A stretch of DNA of 64,000 nucleotides from Planctomycetota bacterium (GCA_965222115.1 CBDCTJ010000007.1:224001-288000), one strand, 5' to 3'; counted from the first letter of the stretch, positions 1 through 10,059 are shown. Translations and numbers: made by a program. Notes: generated by a model from the sequence alone, not told the origin.

Positions 1-1
1 G

Positions 2-1897
2 GCGGGCGATGACGTACCTGCCAGCGATGCGCATCCATCAACGAAGGCCGCGGACTCTCGTACGCCATCAATTTCTGTCCACGGCCTGGCAGCCAAAATC
101 GATACCGTCATCACCAACAAGCTCGACGGGTTCGACATGAAGCCCGCACCCCGCTGCGACGACGCCACCTTTTTGCGTCGCGTGTATCTCGACGTGCTCG
201 GCACGGTCCCTACGCCCCGCGCCGTAGAAGAGTTTCAAGCCTCCAAGGATCCGAACAAGCGTCGCATCATCATTGATCATCTCGTGGATCACGACTCGGC
301 GGCGGACTACTGGGGCATGTGGTGGTACCGCACGCTTACCGGCATGAGCGTCCATGCACGTCCCAGTCGCGACGGCGGTGGCGGACGTGCACTTGCGGGT
401 ATCGGCGGCAAGAAATTCTATGCGTGGCTGAGCCAGCAGATGAGGGACAACCGTCCCTACAACGAGATGGTGCACGATCTTCTTACTGCCACGGGGCGCA
501 CGGATGAGAACGGAGCCGCCGCCTATTTTGCGCGCTGGGACGGCAATGCCAACAATGCCATCGGCGCCGCGTCGAAACACTTCTTGGGTATGCAGATTCA
601 ATGCGCCCAGTGCCACGATCACATGTACGAAGAAACGTGGAAGCAGTCCGACTTCCGTGGCATGGCAGCCTTCTTTGCCACCACCACGCAACGTCGCGCT
701 GCGGAGTATCGCGAACTCCGAGAGCTGCGCCGAAAAATGAACACGCAGCGCCTCGCCAAGAAAGGCGGCGACAACGAAATCGCCCGCCCCGGTAAGTCTT
801 CGCCCAATATGGAAGGCGAGGGCATGGAGGGCGACGAGATGGACGGCGAGGGTATGGATGGCCCAAGCTCGAACCGCCCACGTGAGATGGACGGACCGCG
901 CGGGAGCAACAACGCCCGATTCACAGCGGAAGACCGCAAGCGCATGATGGAACTGCGCAAGTTCGGTAATGTGTATGAAGTTGTCGATACACCGGTGCGC
1001 AATTCGCAACTTGCCAAGCGTCTTGCCCGTCGTCTGAAGAACCGAAAGCTCAGTGAAGAACAACGGCAGCGCATCGAACTGCGATTCGCTACGCCCAAAC
1101 TTTGGCACGGCGCAGAGGTGCCCGACATGCCCGGCATTAGCCGGCGGCTGGTGCTGGCGCGTTGGATCACATCCGATGACAACCCCTACTTTGGCAAGGC
1201 ATTGGTCAATCGCCTGTGGGGCGCGTTCTTGGGTACCGGCATTGTGAATCCGGTCGATGACTTCAACAGTTTCAATCCCCCGTCGCATCCTGAGATTCTC
1301 GACATGCTGTCGAGGGATTTCTTGGCCCACGGCTACGACTTGAAGCGCGTGATGCGTGTCATCCTCAACACCGAGGCCTACCAACGCACGTCTACATGGT
1401 CGGGCGAGGAGGCACCGGAGCCGTCGCTATTCGCCGTGGCCAAAGTTCGCCCGCTTACAACCGATCAGCTTTCGTTCGCACTCATTCGCGCTATGGGGCT
1501 GGAGCAGCGCTTCAACCGTCAAACGCGAAACGCCGGAAACCGGCTACGTGCGACGTTTTCGAAGCTCTTCTCCTTCGTCTTTGATGACGACGAAGCCAAG
1601 GAGAGCGAAGACTTTGAAGGCAGCATTGCACAAGGGCTCTTCATGATGAACAGCCCCATTCTTGAACGGACCATTTCCGGCAGACGCGGCATGCCGCTGC
1701 AGCGACTTATGACAGCGCACAAGACCGATGCCGCGCGCGTGAAGCAACTCTACCTTGGCGCCTTTGGACGGCACCCGACGGCAAAGGAATCGCGTCGTGC
1801 GGTGAAGTTTGTCAAGTCCGCCGATGCGCCTGAAGAAGGCTACGAAGACCTGCTCTGGGCCCTTGTGAACGCCGCAGAGTTTATGACCAATCACTAA
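2..1897 (+). CDS. DUF1549/DUF1553 (PSD1) planctomycete-type protein, 5' partial
   Basis: Frame is open from base 2. Motifs DDATFLRRVYLDVLG, FLGMQIQCAQCHDH, NPYFGKALVNRLW, PPSHPEILD, LVNAAEF. Confidence 0.9.
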   Translation, partial: AGDDVPASDAHPSTKAADSRTPSISVHGLAAKIDTVITNKLDGFDMKPAPRCDDATFLRRVYLDVLGTVPTPRAVEEFQASKDPNKRRIIIDHLVDHDSAADYWGMWWYRTLTGMSVHARPSRDGGGGRALAGIGGKKFYAWLSQQMRDNRPYNEMVHDLLTATGRTDENGAAAYFARWDGNANNAIGAASKHFLGMQIQCAQCHDHMYEETWKQSDFRGMAAFFATTTQRRAAEYRELRELRRKMNTQRLAKKGGDNEIARPGKSSPNMEGEGMEGDEMDGEGMDGPSSNRPREMDGPRGSNNARFTAEDRKRMMELRKFGNVYEVVDTPVRNSQLAKRLARRLKNRKLSEEQRQRIELRFATPKLWHGAEVPDMPGISRRLVLARWITSDDNPYFGKALVNRLWGAFLGTGIVNPVDDFNSFNPPSHPEILDMLSRDFLAHGYDLKRVMRVILNTEAYQRTSTWSGEEAPEPSLFAVAKVRPLTTDQLSFALIRAMGLEQRFNRQTRNAGNRLRATFSKLFSFVFDDDEAKESEDFEGSIAQGLFMMNSPILERTISGRRGMPLQRLMTAHKTDAARVKQLYLGAFGRHPTAKESRRAVKFVKSADAPEEGYEDLLWALVNAAEFMTNH

Positions 1898-1948
1898 CGC
1901 AACCCCAAGAACGAACCCACTCACTTAGTCGCTACTACGAGGCCCGCT

Positions 1949-3307
1949 ATGTCTACAAACAACCGTTCATCAAGAAGCAACTCGTCGCGCCGCGACCTCA
2001 TTCGCGCTGGCTTGGGACTGGCCGCGGTTTCTGCCGTCAACCTTCAGTGGCCGGGCGCACTGCCCCGAACATTGGCTGAAGAGGACGCGGCGCTTCCTGG
2101 CTTCGGTCAAGCGAAACAGATTGTATTCCTCTACATGAATGGCGGCGCCAGTCACCTTGAGACGTTTGATCCCAAGCCGGGCACAAGCACGGGCGGCCCC
2201 ACGCGCACGATTCCTACCGCTGTAACAGGCGTTCACATTGCCGACAGCCTGCCGCTCCTTGCCAAACGCATGAACGATGTGTGCGTCATTCGCGGCATGA
2301 GCAGCAAAGAGGGCAATCACGAGCGCGCACGCTACCTCATGCACACGGCCTATCCCCCTACGCCCACCATTAAGCACGCAGCATTTGGTTCGTTGCTCGC
2401 GCACGAAGTGGGCAATCCCGATGCCGAGCTACCCGAGTACATCGCCATCAATGGCCCCGGCGCGCGTCCTGGCTACCTGGGTGCCGGATACGCACCGTTT
2501 CTCGTGCGTGTACGCGGCGAAGATCCAAACGTGCGCGGAGGCGGCGCCAACAACCGCCGTCGTAAGGGCGGCGACAAGAGCATCGTTTCCAACTTGAAGC
2601 AGCCGGGCGGCATGAGCAAGGAGCGCCGTGATCGTCGACTGGCGATGCTGTCTTCGCTCAACGAAGACTTTGCGCGGCCGCGCCATGAGGGCGTGAGTGC
2701 GGCGCAAGCCGCCATGTTCGAACGCGCTCGTCGCTTAATGGATTCACCCAAGAATACCGCCTTTGACATGGAATCCGAATCGGCTGAAACCCGGGCGCGC
2801 TACGGCAAGAGCAGTTTCGGGCAAGGCTGTATGCTCGCCCGTCGCCTGATCGACCAAGGTGTCAAGTGCGTCGAAGTCATGTCCAACGGTTGGGACACGC
2901 ACGACGACAACTTCAATCGCGTCAAGGCACTCAACGCGGGCGTCGATCAAGGTGCCTCCGCGCTGATTGATGACCTGAAGAAGAGCGGTCGCTTAGACCA
3001 AACGTTGATCGTGTGGCTCGGCGACTTTGGTCGCACGCCGCGCATTACCGCAAGCCAGGGTCGCGGCCACTACCCACGCGCTTGGTCCACCTTTATGACA
3101 GGCGGCGGTGTTCAGGGCGGTCGTGTGATTGGTGCCACGGACGCTAAGGGAGAGACAGTGGTCAATGGTAAAGTAAGTGTCCCCGACTTCTTTGCTTCCA
3201 TTGCCCACGCCACGGGCATGGATGTGGACAAGACGTTCCATTCCAACGGTCGGCCCATAACGATTGTGAAGGATGGCGCGCCGCTACCAGACTTGTTCAA
3301 GGCATAG
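1949..3307 (+). CDS. DUF1501 domain protein with Tat-like signal
   Basis: SRRDLI leader; YMNGGASHLETFDPKP, GWDTH and GDFGRTP motifs; usual partner of DUF1549/1553 genes. Confidence 0.92.
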   Translation: MSTNNRSSRSNSSRRDLIRAGLGLAAVSAVNLQWPGALPRTLAEEDAALPGFGQAKQIVFLYMNGGASHLETFDPKPGTSTGGPTRTIPTAVTGVHIADSLPLLAKRMNDVCVIRGMSSKEGNHERARYLMHTAYPPTPTIKHAAFGSLLAHEVGNPDAELPEYIAINGPGARPGYLGAGYAPFLVRVRGEDPNVRGGGANNRRRKGGDKSIVSNLKQPGGMSKERRDRRLAMLSSLNEDFARPRHEGVSAAQAAMFERARRLMDSPKNTAFDMESESAETRARYGKSSFGQGCMLARRLIDQGVKCVEVMSNGWDTHDDNFNRVKALNAGVDQGASALIDDLKKSGRLDQTLIVWLGDFGRTPRITASQGRGHYPRAWSTFMTGGGVQGGRVIGATDAKGETVVNGKVSVPDFFASIAHATGMDVDKTFHSNGRPITIVKDGAPLPDLFKA

Positions 3308-3348
3308 ATCCTCTTCCCGTTCCTGAAGCTGAATCTTTCGCCTTACCC

Positions 3349-3789
3349 CTATCCATCCCTCGACGGCGGCTTTCGCATTCGCTTGGTTTCGCCGCGCCGC
3401 CGTTTCTCGTCAAGCCGCCTGCGCTTCGAAGCACGAGTTGGCTTCGTAGCTTTCCGAGGGCGCTCGCGCTTTAGCGCCTCTTGAATCATCTCGACCAAGC
3501 GCTTGATGGCCTCATCGACATTGCGACGTTGGTCGCGGTAGCGATCCGAGGCCACCACGATCTCGCCGCGTGTCGTGATGCGTCGCTCCAGTTTCTCTTG
3601 CAACCGCTTGCGCGTTTCGTCATCCAGTACGGCGGAGGTTGCGAGATTCCAACGTAGGTGCGCCTTGGTTTCGGTCTTGTTGACGTGCTGCCCGCCGGGG
3701 CCACCCGAACGCGCAAACGTAATCTCCACCTCGCTGGCAGGAATCGTCAGTGCAGGATGAATCACTAGGTCGTGGTCAGGCCGAGCCAT
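3349..3789 (-). CDS. arfB: Alternative ribosome rescue peptidyl-tRNA hydrolase ArfB (YaeJ)
   Basis: RSGGPGGQHVNK (GGQ) motif and basic tail RKATKPTRASKRRRLDEKRRRG. Start trimmed to the ATG at 3789. Confidence 0.93.
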   Translation of the reverse strand: MARPDHDLVIHPALTIPASEVEITFARSGGPGGQHVNKTETKAHLRWNLATSAVLDDETRKRLQEKLERRITTRGEIVVASDRYRDQRRNVDEAIKRLVEMIQEALKRERPRKATKPTRASKRRRLDEKRRRGETKRMRKPPSRDG

Positions 3790-3837
3790 GGGTCGATTGT
3801 GCATGACGATCGGCGGCGTCGGTACTCTACGGCGCTG

Positions 3838-4581
3838 ATGATCTCCGAATCGCACCCCGCCCGGCGTCAAGCGCGACGCAAACTCATGCGTGCCGGCGTG
3901 TGGGTGCTCTATGAGGACAACCATCTCCTCGGTATCGCCAAGCAGGCCGGCGTGTTGTCGCAAGGCGGGCCACGCGGGGTGCGCGCATTGCCCGACCTCT
4001 TGGATGCCTACCGGCGCGAAGCCGAATCCAAGGAAGGACGCGCCTACATCGGCCTCGTTCACCGCCTGGATCGAAACGTATCGGGTGCCATGGTCGTGGC
4101 AAAGACGTCGAAAGCGGCATCACGTTTGTCGGCCTTGTTTCGGGATCGGAGCAACGACCTCAAGAAGGAGTACGTGGCGTGGGTCAGCCGCATACCCGAG
4201 GAAGACCACGGTGAACTCAAGCACCGACTTCGTCGCCACAAACACATCACGCGCATTGCCCACGGCGGCGACACCGACGGCAAGGACGCGCACCTCTCCT
4301 ATGTCGTAGAAGGCAAGTCGATCCACGCCGCGAGGTTACGCATCACACTGCACTCCGGTATCACGCATCAGATTCGGGCACAATTCTCAATCGTCGGCCA
4401 CCCACTGATCGGCGACGAAAAGTACGGAGGCCCCTCCGCCAAGCGTCCCGCCCTCCACGCCGTTGCGTTGTCATTCCCGCATCCGGTTGGCGGTAGTCCG
4501 ATGGTGATTGGCGCTCCCATCCCCGACGACCTCAAGATCATCGACGCCCGATACCACATCCGCCCGGCAGTAATGGGGTAG
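3838..4581 (+). CDS. RluA-family pseudouridine synthase
   Basis: LYEDNHLL, VHRLDRNVSG (catalytic Asp), GITHQIRAQ, GHPLIGDEKYG. Start uncertain (3838 or 3886). Confidence 0.92.
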   Translation: MISESHPARRQARRKLMRAGVWVLYEDNHLLGIAKQAGVLSQGGPRGVRALPDLLDAYRREAESKEGRAYIGLVHRLDRNVSGAMVVAKTSKAASRLSALFRDRSNDLKKEYVAWVSRIPEEDHGELKHRLRRHKHITRIAHGGDTDGKDAHLSYVVEGKSIHAARLRITLHSGITHQIRAQFSIVGHPLIGDEKYGGPSAKRPALHAVALSFPHPVGGSPMVIGAPIPDDLKIIDARYHIRPAVMG

Positions 4582-4634
4582 CAGCAACACCGGAACTCGT
4601 GACTTTGAGTCACATCGCGTTCATAATAGATCGT

Positions 4635-6389
4635 TCACTTCAATCGAATTGTAAGACGCTGCAACTCTCGTGAATCCGTAACCTTAAGATCAGAGATACC
4701 GGCTCCCACGCCGGGAAGACTTGCACTCAGGCGGTAGGTGCCCGGTGCGAGCCAAAGCAATGGGCCCTTCGTCGACTCTTCTGCGTCGCGTTCCGTGAGA
4801 TTGAACACGTCCCACATCGAGCCAGATTCACGCGTTGACCCATTTTTCAGTAGTTTCAGATCGAAACCCCGGACTGGCTGTGCATGCTGATCGACTACGG
4901 TGAGTGACACGGGAGCACCCGCTAGTTCCAAGGGTACCTCTACGGTGCCGTGCATCGCTCCGATTCTCACATAAGCTGCGCTACCCGCAGGGTTCCACCA
5001 CGTCCGATACCCAGATATGTCGTGTCGATACCCGCGCGGCACGATTCTGTAAGTGCCAGGAGGCAATTTGACGGCTTCCCTTGCCTTGCCGCCGCGAAAT
5101 GAAATCACGATGCGCGCACCTAGCCTTGGCAAAGATCCGGAAGCATCCCGGCTCCAAATCTCCAATTCAAGTTGCCCGTCGAATCCGGACTTGTCACGGA
5201 AGTGAGCTAGAAATTGGACCGGTATCCAAGCGTCGGCAGATCGCTCTAGCGAAATCGTCTCTCTTGCCACGCCGCCCGGCTTGAGTTGAATGGTACGCGT
5301 CACATCCTTGAAGCCAATGCAGCGGACAAAGATTTTGCTCGTCATTTGCTCGGCGGAGGGCATGTCTCCCTGGTAATCGGGAAACATGTAGAATCGACGC
5401 CAACTTACCGAATCTTCATGCAGCGCCTCTGCGGCCGGGGGGAATGGCCAGGAGCGAGGGCATGCCGCACCACCGAAGCAGTTTGGCGGAAAGTCAAATG
5501 CGACCACCGGACGTAGGCCGCGGAGTGGCAAGCCCGTGCGATCATCCAATATTTGCACCCTAAACTCGAACGTAGGTAGCATCTCGACTCGTATCTCAGA
5601 TTGTGCGGGATCAACTCTCTGCTGAGCAGAAAGCCTGGGAATCCACCCTCGCATGGATACCCATGCGACCAGCTCCTCGTCAAATGGCAATCCGCTGAGA
5701 CGAAACCGTCCATGCGCGTCCGTCGTTGCTTCAGCGATGGCGCCACGCTTTCCGGCGAACAGCACACGCTGGCGGTCTTCCGCGACGCTCCCAATACGAT
5801 TTGCTGGCACGTGTACTTTGACTCGAGCACCAGCCATGGGTTCACCACCGAGCTTTACGACTTCTCCAGTCAGGACGCGACCAATATCCAAATTCACCGA
5901 GATAACGGATGTGGCGTCCAGATCCGCAATTGGCATTTGCCATGGCAAATAGCTCCCGCAATGAACGTTGAGGAACGCCACATCGTCGCGAGCTTTGAGT
6001 TCACATCTGCCCGAGGCGTCGCTCACCGAAGTTTCGCCAACTGATATGAGCCCATTTGTCTTCTTCGTAAGTGAAACGCGCGCGCCCTCAACCATCGAAC
6101 CGTCGCGCCCATCCGAGACTTGCACGGTCCACTTCGTGTTGCTTGAGCGACTCACGGCGTCCGCTTCGATTTCACTAGGCGACTTAGATTTGGGCTTGTC
6201 CGGTCCCGCGCCGCCTCGAAGGACGGGAGTCGCAATCATTTGCACCGTTCCCCTCTCTTCGGCGTTGTCTGGAGTTGCTATATGGTCCTTGCCTCCAAAA
6301 TCTTCGCCGAATAGGAGCAGCCACATGGCAAGTAAGAGCGCGCATGCGGCCATCAACCAAACGAATCGCTCCCTATTTGGCCTAGTCAT
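4635..6389 (-). CDS. Membrane-anchored carboxypeptidase-regulatory-like (beta-sandwich repeat) protein
   Basis: N-terminal hydrophobic helix; repeats such as VSDASGRC, GEPMAGARV, TTDAHGRFRLSGLP, LPPGTYRI, LAPGTYRL. Confidence 0.7.
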   Translation of the reverse strand: MTRPNRERFVWLMAACALLLAMWLLLFGEDFGGKDHIATPDNAEERGTVQMIATPVLRGGAGPDKPKSKSPSEIEADAVSRSSNTKWTVQVSDGRDGSMVEGARVSLTKKTNGLISVGETSVSDASGRCELKARDDVAFLNVHCGSYLPWQMPIADLDATSVISVNLDIGRVLTGEVVKLGGEPMAGARVKVHVPANRIGSVAEDRQRVLFAGKRGAIAEATTDAHGRFRLSGLPFDEELVAWVSMRGWIPRLSAQQRVDPAQSEIRVEMLPTFEFRVQILDDRTGLPLRGLRPVVAFDFPPNCFGGAACPRSWPFPPAAEALHEDSVSWRRFYMFPDYQGDMPSAEQMTSKIFVRCIGFKDVTRTIQLKPGGVARETISLERSADAWIPVQFLAHFRDKSGFDGQLELEIWSRDASGSLPRLGARIVISFRGGKAREAVKLPPGTYRIVPRGYRHDISGYRTWWNPAGSAAYVRIGAMHGTVEVPLELAGAPVSLTVVDQHAQPVRGFDLKLLKNGSTRESGSMWDVFNLTERDAEESTKGPLLWLAPGTYRLSASLPGVGAGISDLKVTDSRELQRLTIRLK

Positions 6390-6891
6390 CGGACCAACCC
6401 CCTTCTCCAGAACCTCGGCCCGCATCGATGATCAAAGTCGCGCTTACAAACATAATTGCGGATGCAATCACCAAGCGCGAATGGTATGTCGCTTCGATAG
6501 CAGAGCCAAAGCACCCACAGGGACGCTCTGGTGGGCCTACAGCAATCAGCTCGAGCACGATTGCGAGCGTCACAATCATTGATGTATAGAGAGCAGCGAG
6601 AGACAAGTACAATGCCCTTCGCACCAAAGAGTACAAGAGAAGCGCGCCAAGGAGAATCTCGCTAGCGATTAGAGTCCAACCCGTCGCACGCGCGACATGA
6701 GTGCTTAGTGAGAATCTATCCTCTAGATAGGACAAGAACACCCTCGACTCAGTCAGCTTTGCGATCCCCAGGAACATCCAAATCAGAGCCAACCCAAGGG
6801 CTAAGAACTGGTAGGGCGCAGGCCTCAGACGCAAGACCGCGCCCTCCATGTTCTCGCGCGTACCAGACTCTATGCGCTCGAAAAGTTTCAT
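6382..6891 (-). CDS. MauE/DoxX-family membrane protein
   Basis: Four hydrophobic segments, GIAKL, EILLG, and the MauE-type PCGCFG motif. Confidence 0.8.
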   Translation of the reverse strand: MKLFERIESGTRENMEGAVLRLRPAPYQFLALGLALIWMFLGIAKLTESRVFLSYLEDRFSLSTHVARATGWTLIASEILLGALLLYSLVRRALYLSLAALYTSMIVTLAIVLELIAVGPPERPCGCFGSAIEATYHSRLVIASAIMFVSATLIIDAGRGSGEGGWSDD

Positions 6892-6955
6892 GCTCTTGTG
6901 ATCAAACGACGCTCTTGAAGTACTTGGTCACGAGAACAAGCCAAATCCCAGCGGA

Positions 6956-7408
6956 TTACGGAGGACAGACGCAGCGGAGCGACTTTTGTGCGGTGGGTGT
7001 ACCGGACACGTCGTCCCATTCCTTATCGCAGGGAATGGTACACGTCCACTGGACGCAGGCTTCTGTACCCTTGACCTTTGGAACTCCATCCACGTTGACG
7101 TTCGCCGGAGGGTCATCAGCCTTGAAACCCTTTTGACACTTCGAACTATTCACCGTCCCGTAAGTGCCGCAAGTACAGATACTGTATCCGCCCCCTGGGT
7201 CATGCGCCTTACACTGGTCTCCACTTCCGCAAGGTGTTCCCACATTGCAGCCCGTGTGTAACCATACGTCAGTAGCCGATTGTGCGGCCCACCGGTGGAT
7301 AGACTGCGAGCAGCCGTCACCATCGGCATTGGCGAGCTGCATAGAGCCAATAATGACAACCGCACCGGCAAATAGCTGAATCGTCTGAATGCTCTTCTTA
7401 CAAAACAT
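6956..7408 (-). CDS. Secreted cysteine-rich small protein (12 Cys in predicted mature part)
   Basis: Strong RBS (GGGAGG) upstream; signal-like N-terminus ending ANA; Cys-rich mature region. Confidence 0.75.
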   Translation of the reverse strand: MFCKKSIQTIQLFAGAVVIIGSMQLANADGDGCSQSIHRWAAQSATDVWLHTGCNVGTPCGSGDQCKAHDPGGGYSICTCGTYGTVNSSKCQKGFKADDPPANVNVDGVPKVKGTEACVQWTCTIPCDKEWDDVSGTPTAQKSLRCVCPP

Positions 7409-7502
7409 TGCGAGTACACCTCCCTATTTATTCCACCGTTACACGCGGGCATCATCCCCCGAGATCCGGTGGCACTTCACGTAGCTATGTCCCACAGGGA
7501 TC

Positions 7503-7550
7503 GTCCCCGGGGTATGTCCCCGGGGTATGTCCCCGGGGTATGTCCCCGGG
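7503..7550. repeat. 13-bp tandem repeat (GTCCCCGGGGTAT), about 4 copies
   Basis: Units start at 7503, 7516, 7529 and 7542, with a palindromic CCCCGGGG core (last copy truncated); degenerate copy at 7486-7500. Confidence 0.95.
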
Positions 7551-7825
7551 ATCTAACTCCGTACATTAGCAGAGAGTTCCGTAATTGCAAGTCGTAGCAA
7601 GGTGCTCTTGGCAATGGACGTGTGCCTACGCCCAATAATGCCAATTAGCGATGTAGCAACTTAAGTCTCAGACCGCAACCAATTCGCCTGAAATGAAGGC
7701 CGCACAGCACAAAACAGAGATCCGGCTGTTTCGCGAAGAGAGGAGAGTGGAAGTCATGGTCGCCGGAAACATCACGAGAGTTATGGGACGTCTTACCGAG
7801 TAGCCAGCTCGTTGAATGATCTCGT

Positions 7826-9022
7826 TCAGCGTATCGCCTCGGCAACACACGATTCGCAGATGCTATGAGACACGCGAATGGATCCATCGCGTGGCACAAA
7901 CTCGCCGACGGGTATCCATGTGCCGTTCGAACTACTGCGGAGGCGTTCGCACCACCCACAAATGTTCGCGACGCCTTCTTCATTACCAAGTACGACTCGC
8001 TTCGCATCGACATTGTCGGGAAACCACTTGGCAATGGTTCGAAGCACGTCGCGCTGTCCCTCGATAAACTCCGTTCGCGATTGAATTACGCCCTTTGATT
8101 GAGCCAGACCGTCGATGTCGAAGTCCTTAAACTCCTCCGCCCACGCGTCGACTTGGCAGATGCGCTGAAACACGCCGCTCGCCATCATGTTTCGCGTGGC
8201 GCGCGCTTCAGAAACGGCATTCACGCGGTCCCAAAGGGGTGCGATCTGACGCCCAATCTCGATTCGCAAGTGTGCGTATTCGTCGCGTTCTCCGGTTGCC
8301 TGAAGGCGTGATAGTGCATGGTGAGCATGTTCCTGCGCACGATCCCACGCTTCGGTGGCGGACAACGCGGCCACCCAGGCTGCATCCAACGCGCAGCATT
8401 GCGCAATGTCATCTTCGGGAAGCGAAGGTGCTGCCTCCAACGCCGCCTGTGCATCGTCCGGCCGGCCTTCGAGCAGATACACCTGAGAGCGAAGGCCGCA
8501 AAGTGACGTTGTATCAAGCGCCTCGGCGTCGAGACGCTTAGCAAGTTCGGCTTCCATCCCCTGCAAGTGCTCTCGCGCGCGCTGAGCATCGCCTGCGAAT
8601 ATCGCGCTTTTGGTAGATGACTCATGAAAATCTTGCCGCGTCCATGGATGCGCCTGATCCCCCTCGCGCTCCAGCAAACTTTCAAGTTCTCGCAGCGTCT
8701 GCGAAAGCCCTCCCGTATCCCTCAAAACGGCTGCGCACGCCGCAGTGGCGCCGAGACTCAAGAACAGCGCGGGAACATCACCATGGACGCGCGCCCACGC
8801 CGCCGCAGCGTTGCCGCAAACCCATGCCTCAAAGGCGCGGCCGCAACGGCCGTACGTGACGGCCAAATAGTGCGCAGCGACAAACCCGCCATACGTGTTT
8901 CGAGTATCGGCATCAAATAGAACGCCTTTGAGTAAGCGCTCGGCTTCCATCGAGTCACCGGCCTCGGCACGTTGACGTCCCGCCTTCAGTGTGGCGGCGG
9001 TCTGATCATCGATTCTTGACAC
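7826..9022 (-). CDS. Helical (TPR-like) protein with C-terminal CxxC...SHxICxxC putative Zn-binding domain
   Basis: Ala/Leu-rich helical repeats; ICGWC...W...SHSICESC, resembling the tail of many response-regulator/PAS proteins. Confidence 0.65.
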   Translation of the reverse strand: MSRIDDQTAATLKAGRQRAEAGDSMEAERLLKGVLFDADTRNTYGGFVAAHYLAVTYGRCGRAFEAWVCGNAAAAWARVHGDVPALFLSLGATAACAAVLRDTGGLSQTLRELESLLEREGDQAHPWTRQDFHESSTKSAIFAGDAQRAREHLQGMEAELAKRLDAEALDTTSLCGLRSQVYLLEGRPDDAQAALEAAPSLPEDDIAQCCALDAAWVAALSATEAWDRAQEHAHHALSRLQATGERDEYAHLRIEIGRQIAPLWDRVNAVSEARATRNMMASGVFQRICQVDAWAEEFKDFDIDGLAQSKGVIQSRTEFIEGQRDVLRTIAKWFPDNVDAKRVVLGNEEGVANICGWCERLRSSSNGTWIPVGEFVPRDGSIRVSHSICESCVAEAIR

Positions 9023-9222
9023 GATTCACCTGCCTATGAGAAGGACCTGAGAGAATCTACGCGCGTTCATGACCGAACCGACGTCAACGCGAGCACTTCG
9101 TCCAATTGGATCTTAACCCGCAACGCAAACCGCGTTCTAGATTCTGAACGATCTATCAAGACAGTCACGTGACGAAGTTTATTCATACGATGCTCTTGTT
9201 GGTGCCCGACTCGCCGCCAAGT

Positions 9223-10059
9223 CTAGACTCGATGAAACTCGCCTTCGTTACACACAGCAAATCCTTGTGGCAACAAGGGACGTGCGCAATCGTCCGCATG
9301 CAACAAGCCATTGGAATGGTTGAGGTGAATGAATCGCACGTCGGTGTCGCAGCCTGCCAACATGGTAACCGTGTCGGCGACGCGGGGATGCGGAATCGTT
9401 GACACGTCGCGTCCCGGGAGTTCCGTGTCGTCGTAAAACGTGCCATCGATGAGGGCGATGTCAACCCGTCGAATGATGGACAGCCACTCGTCGTTCCAAG
9501 CATCGATGTCGGGCACATACGCCAGCGACTTTGTGGGCCCGCGAACAACGAATCCAAGCGTATCGGTATCTTCACCGCGGTGAGGCGAATCAACCGCGTC
9601 GATCCTCACATCGTCCATCGCGAATGACTGACCGGCATCCAATTCATGAAACACGATTTGGTTGCGCTCGATCAAGTGTGACCACGGGCGATTCTCGCGC
9701 AAGAACCGATGCATCCGTTTCGTTCCATGAACCGACAACGACGACACATTGAGCCCTTCCGTGCCCAAGTGTGCCAAGCCAATGTAGTGACCCATATGAG
9801 CGTGTGTCAGCAAGAGTGCATCGGGGCGAAGCGTACCGAAGCACCGAAGAAGTTCGGCAAGCTGCAACTCGATGGCTGGCGTCGCATCAACGAGCAACAC
9901 ACGGCCCATTGACGAACGAATGGCAATGGACGCAGGACGACGAACGAGCGCCGGGTCACGGCGCGCGGCCTCACAGTTCTTGCAGGCGCAGCCTACGTGG
10001 GGCACACCGGCGTCTTGTGCGGTGCCCAAGACCAGCACACCGGCACCGGGTGGCATCAC
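9223..10059 (-). CDS. PqqB/PhnP-like metallo-beta-lactamase-fold hydrolase
   Basis: GTAQDAGVPHVGCACKNC, LTHAHMGH, PHRGE, DGTFY, IHLNHSN. Confidence 0.85.
   Translation of the reverse strand: MMPPGAGVLVLGTAQDAGVPHVGCACKNCEAARRDPALVRRPASIAIRSSMGRVLLVDATPAIELQLAELLRCFGTLRPDALLLTHAHMGHYIGLAHLGTEGLNVSSLSVHGTKRMHRFLRENRPWSHLIERNQIVFHELDAGQSFAMDDVRIDAVDSPHRGEDTDTLGFVVRGPTKSLAYVPDIDAWNDEWLSIIRRVDIALIDGTFYDDTELPGRDVSTIPHPRVADTVTMLAGCDTDVRFIHLNHSNGLLHADDCARPLLPQGFAVCNEGEFHRV

Noticed and set aside
808-900. ATGGA(C/G)GGCGA repeats in the first gene
   Set aside because: They encode a low-complexity MEGEG/MDG linker, not a DNA-level element.
68-1384. 438-aa minus-strand ORF and similar long shadow ORFs (e.g. 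25506-26594, 29798-30799, 58043-58909, 63092-63946)
   Set aside because: Antisense to clearly recognisable genes; expected in GC-rich DNA.
6956-7408. Methylamine dehydrogenase small subunit MauA
   Set aside because: Size and Cys count are similar, but there is no Tat signal, no recognisable MauA motif and no mauB/mauG.
9223-10059. PQQ biosynthesis locus
   Set aside because: Only a PqqB-like MBL hydrolase is present; no pqqA/C/D/E nearby.
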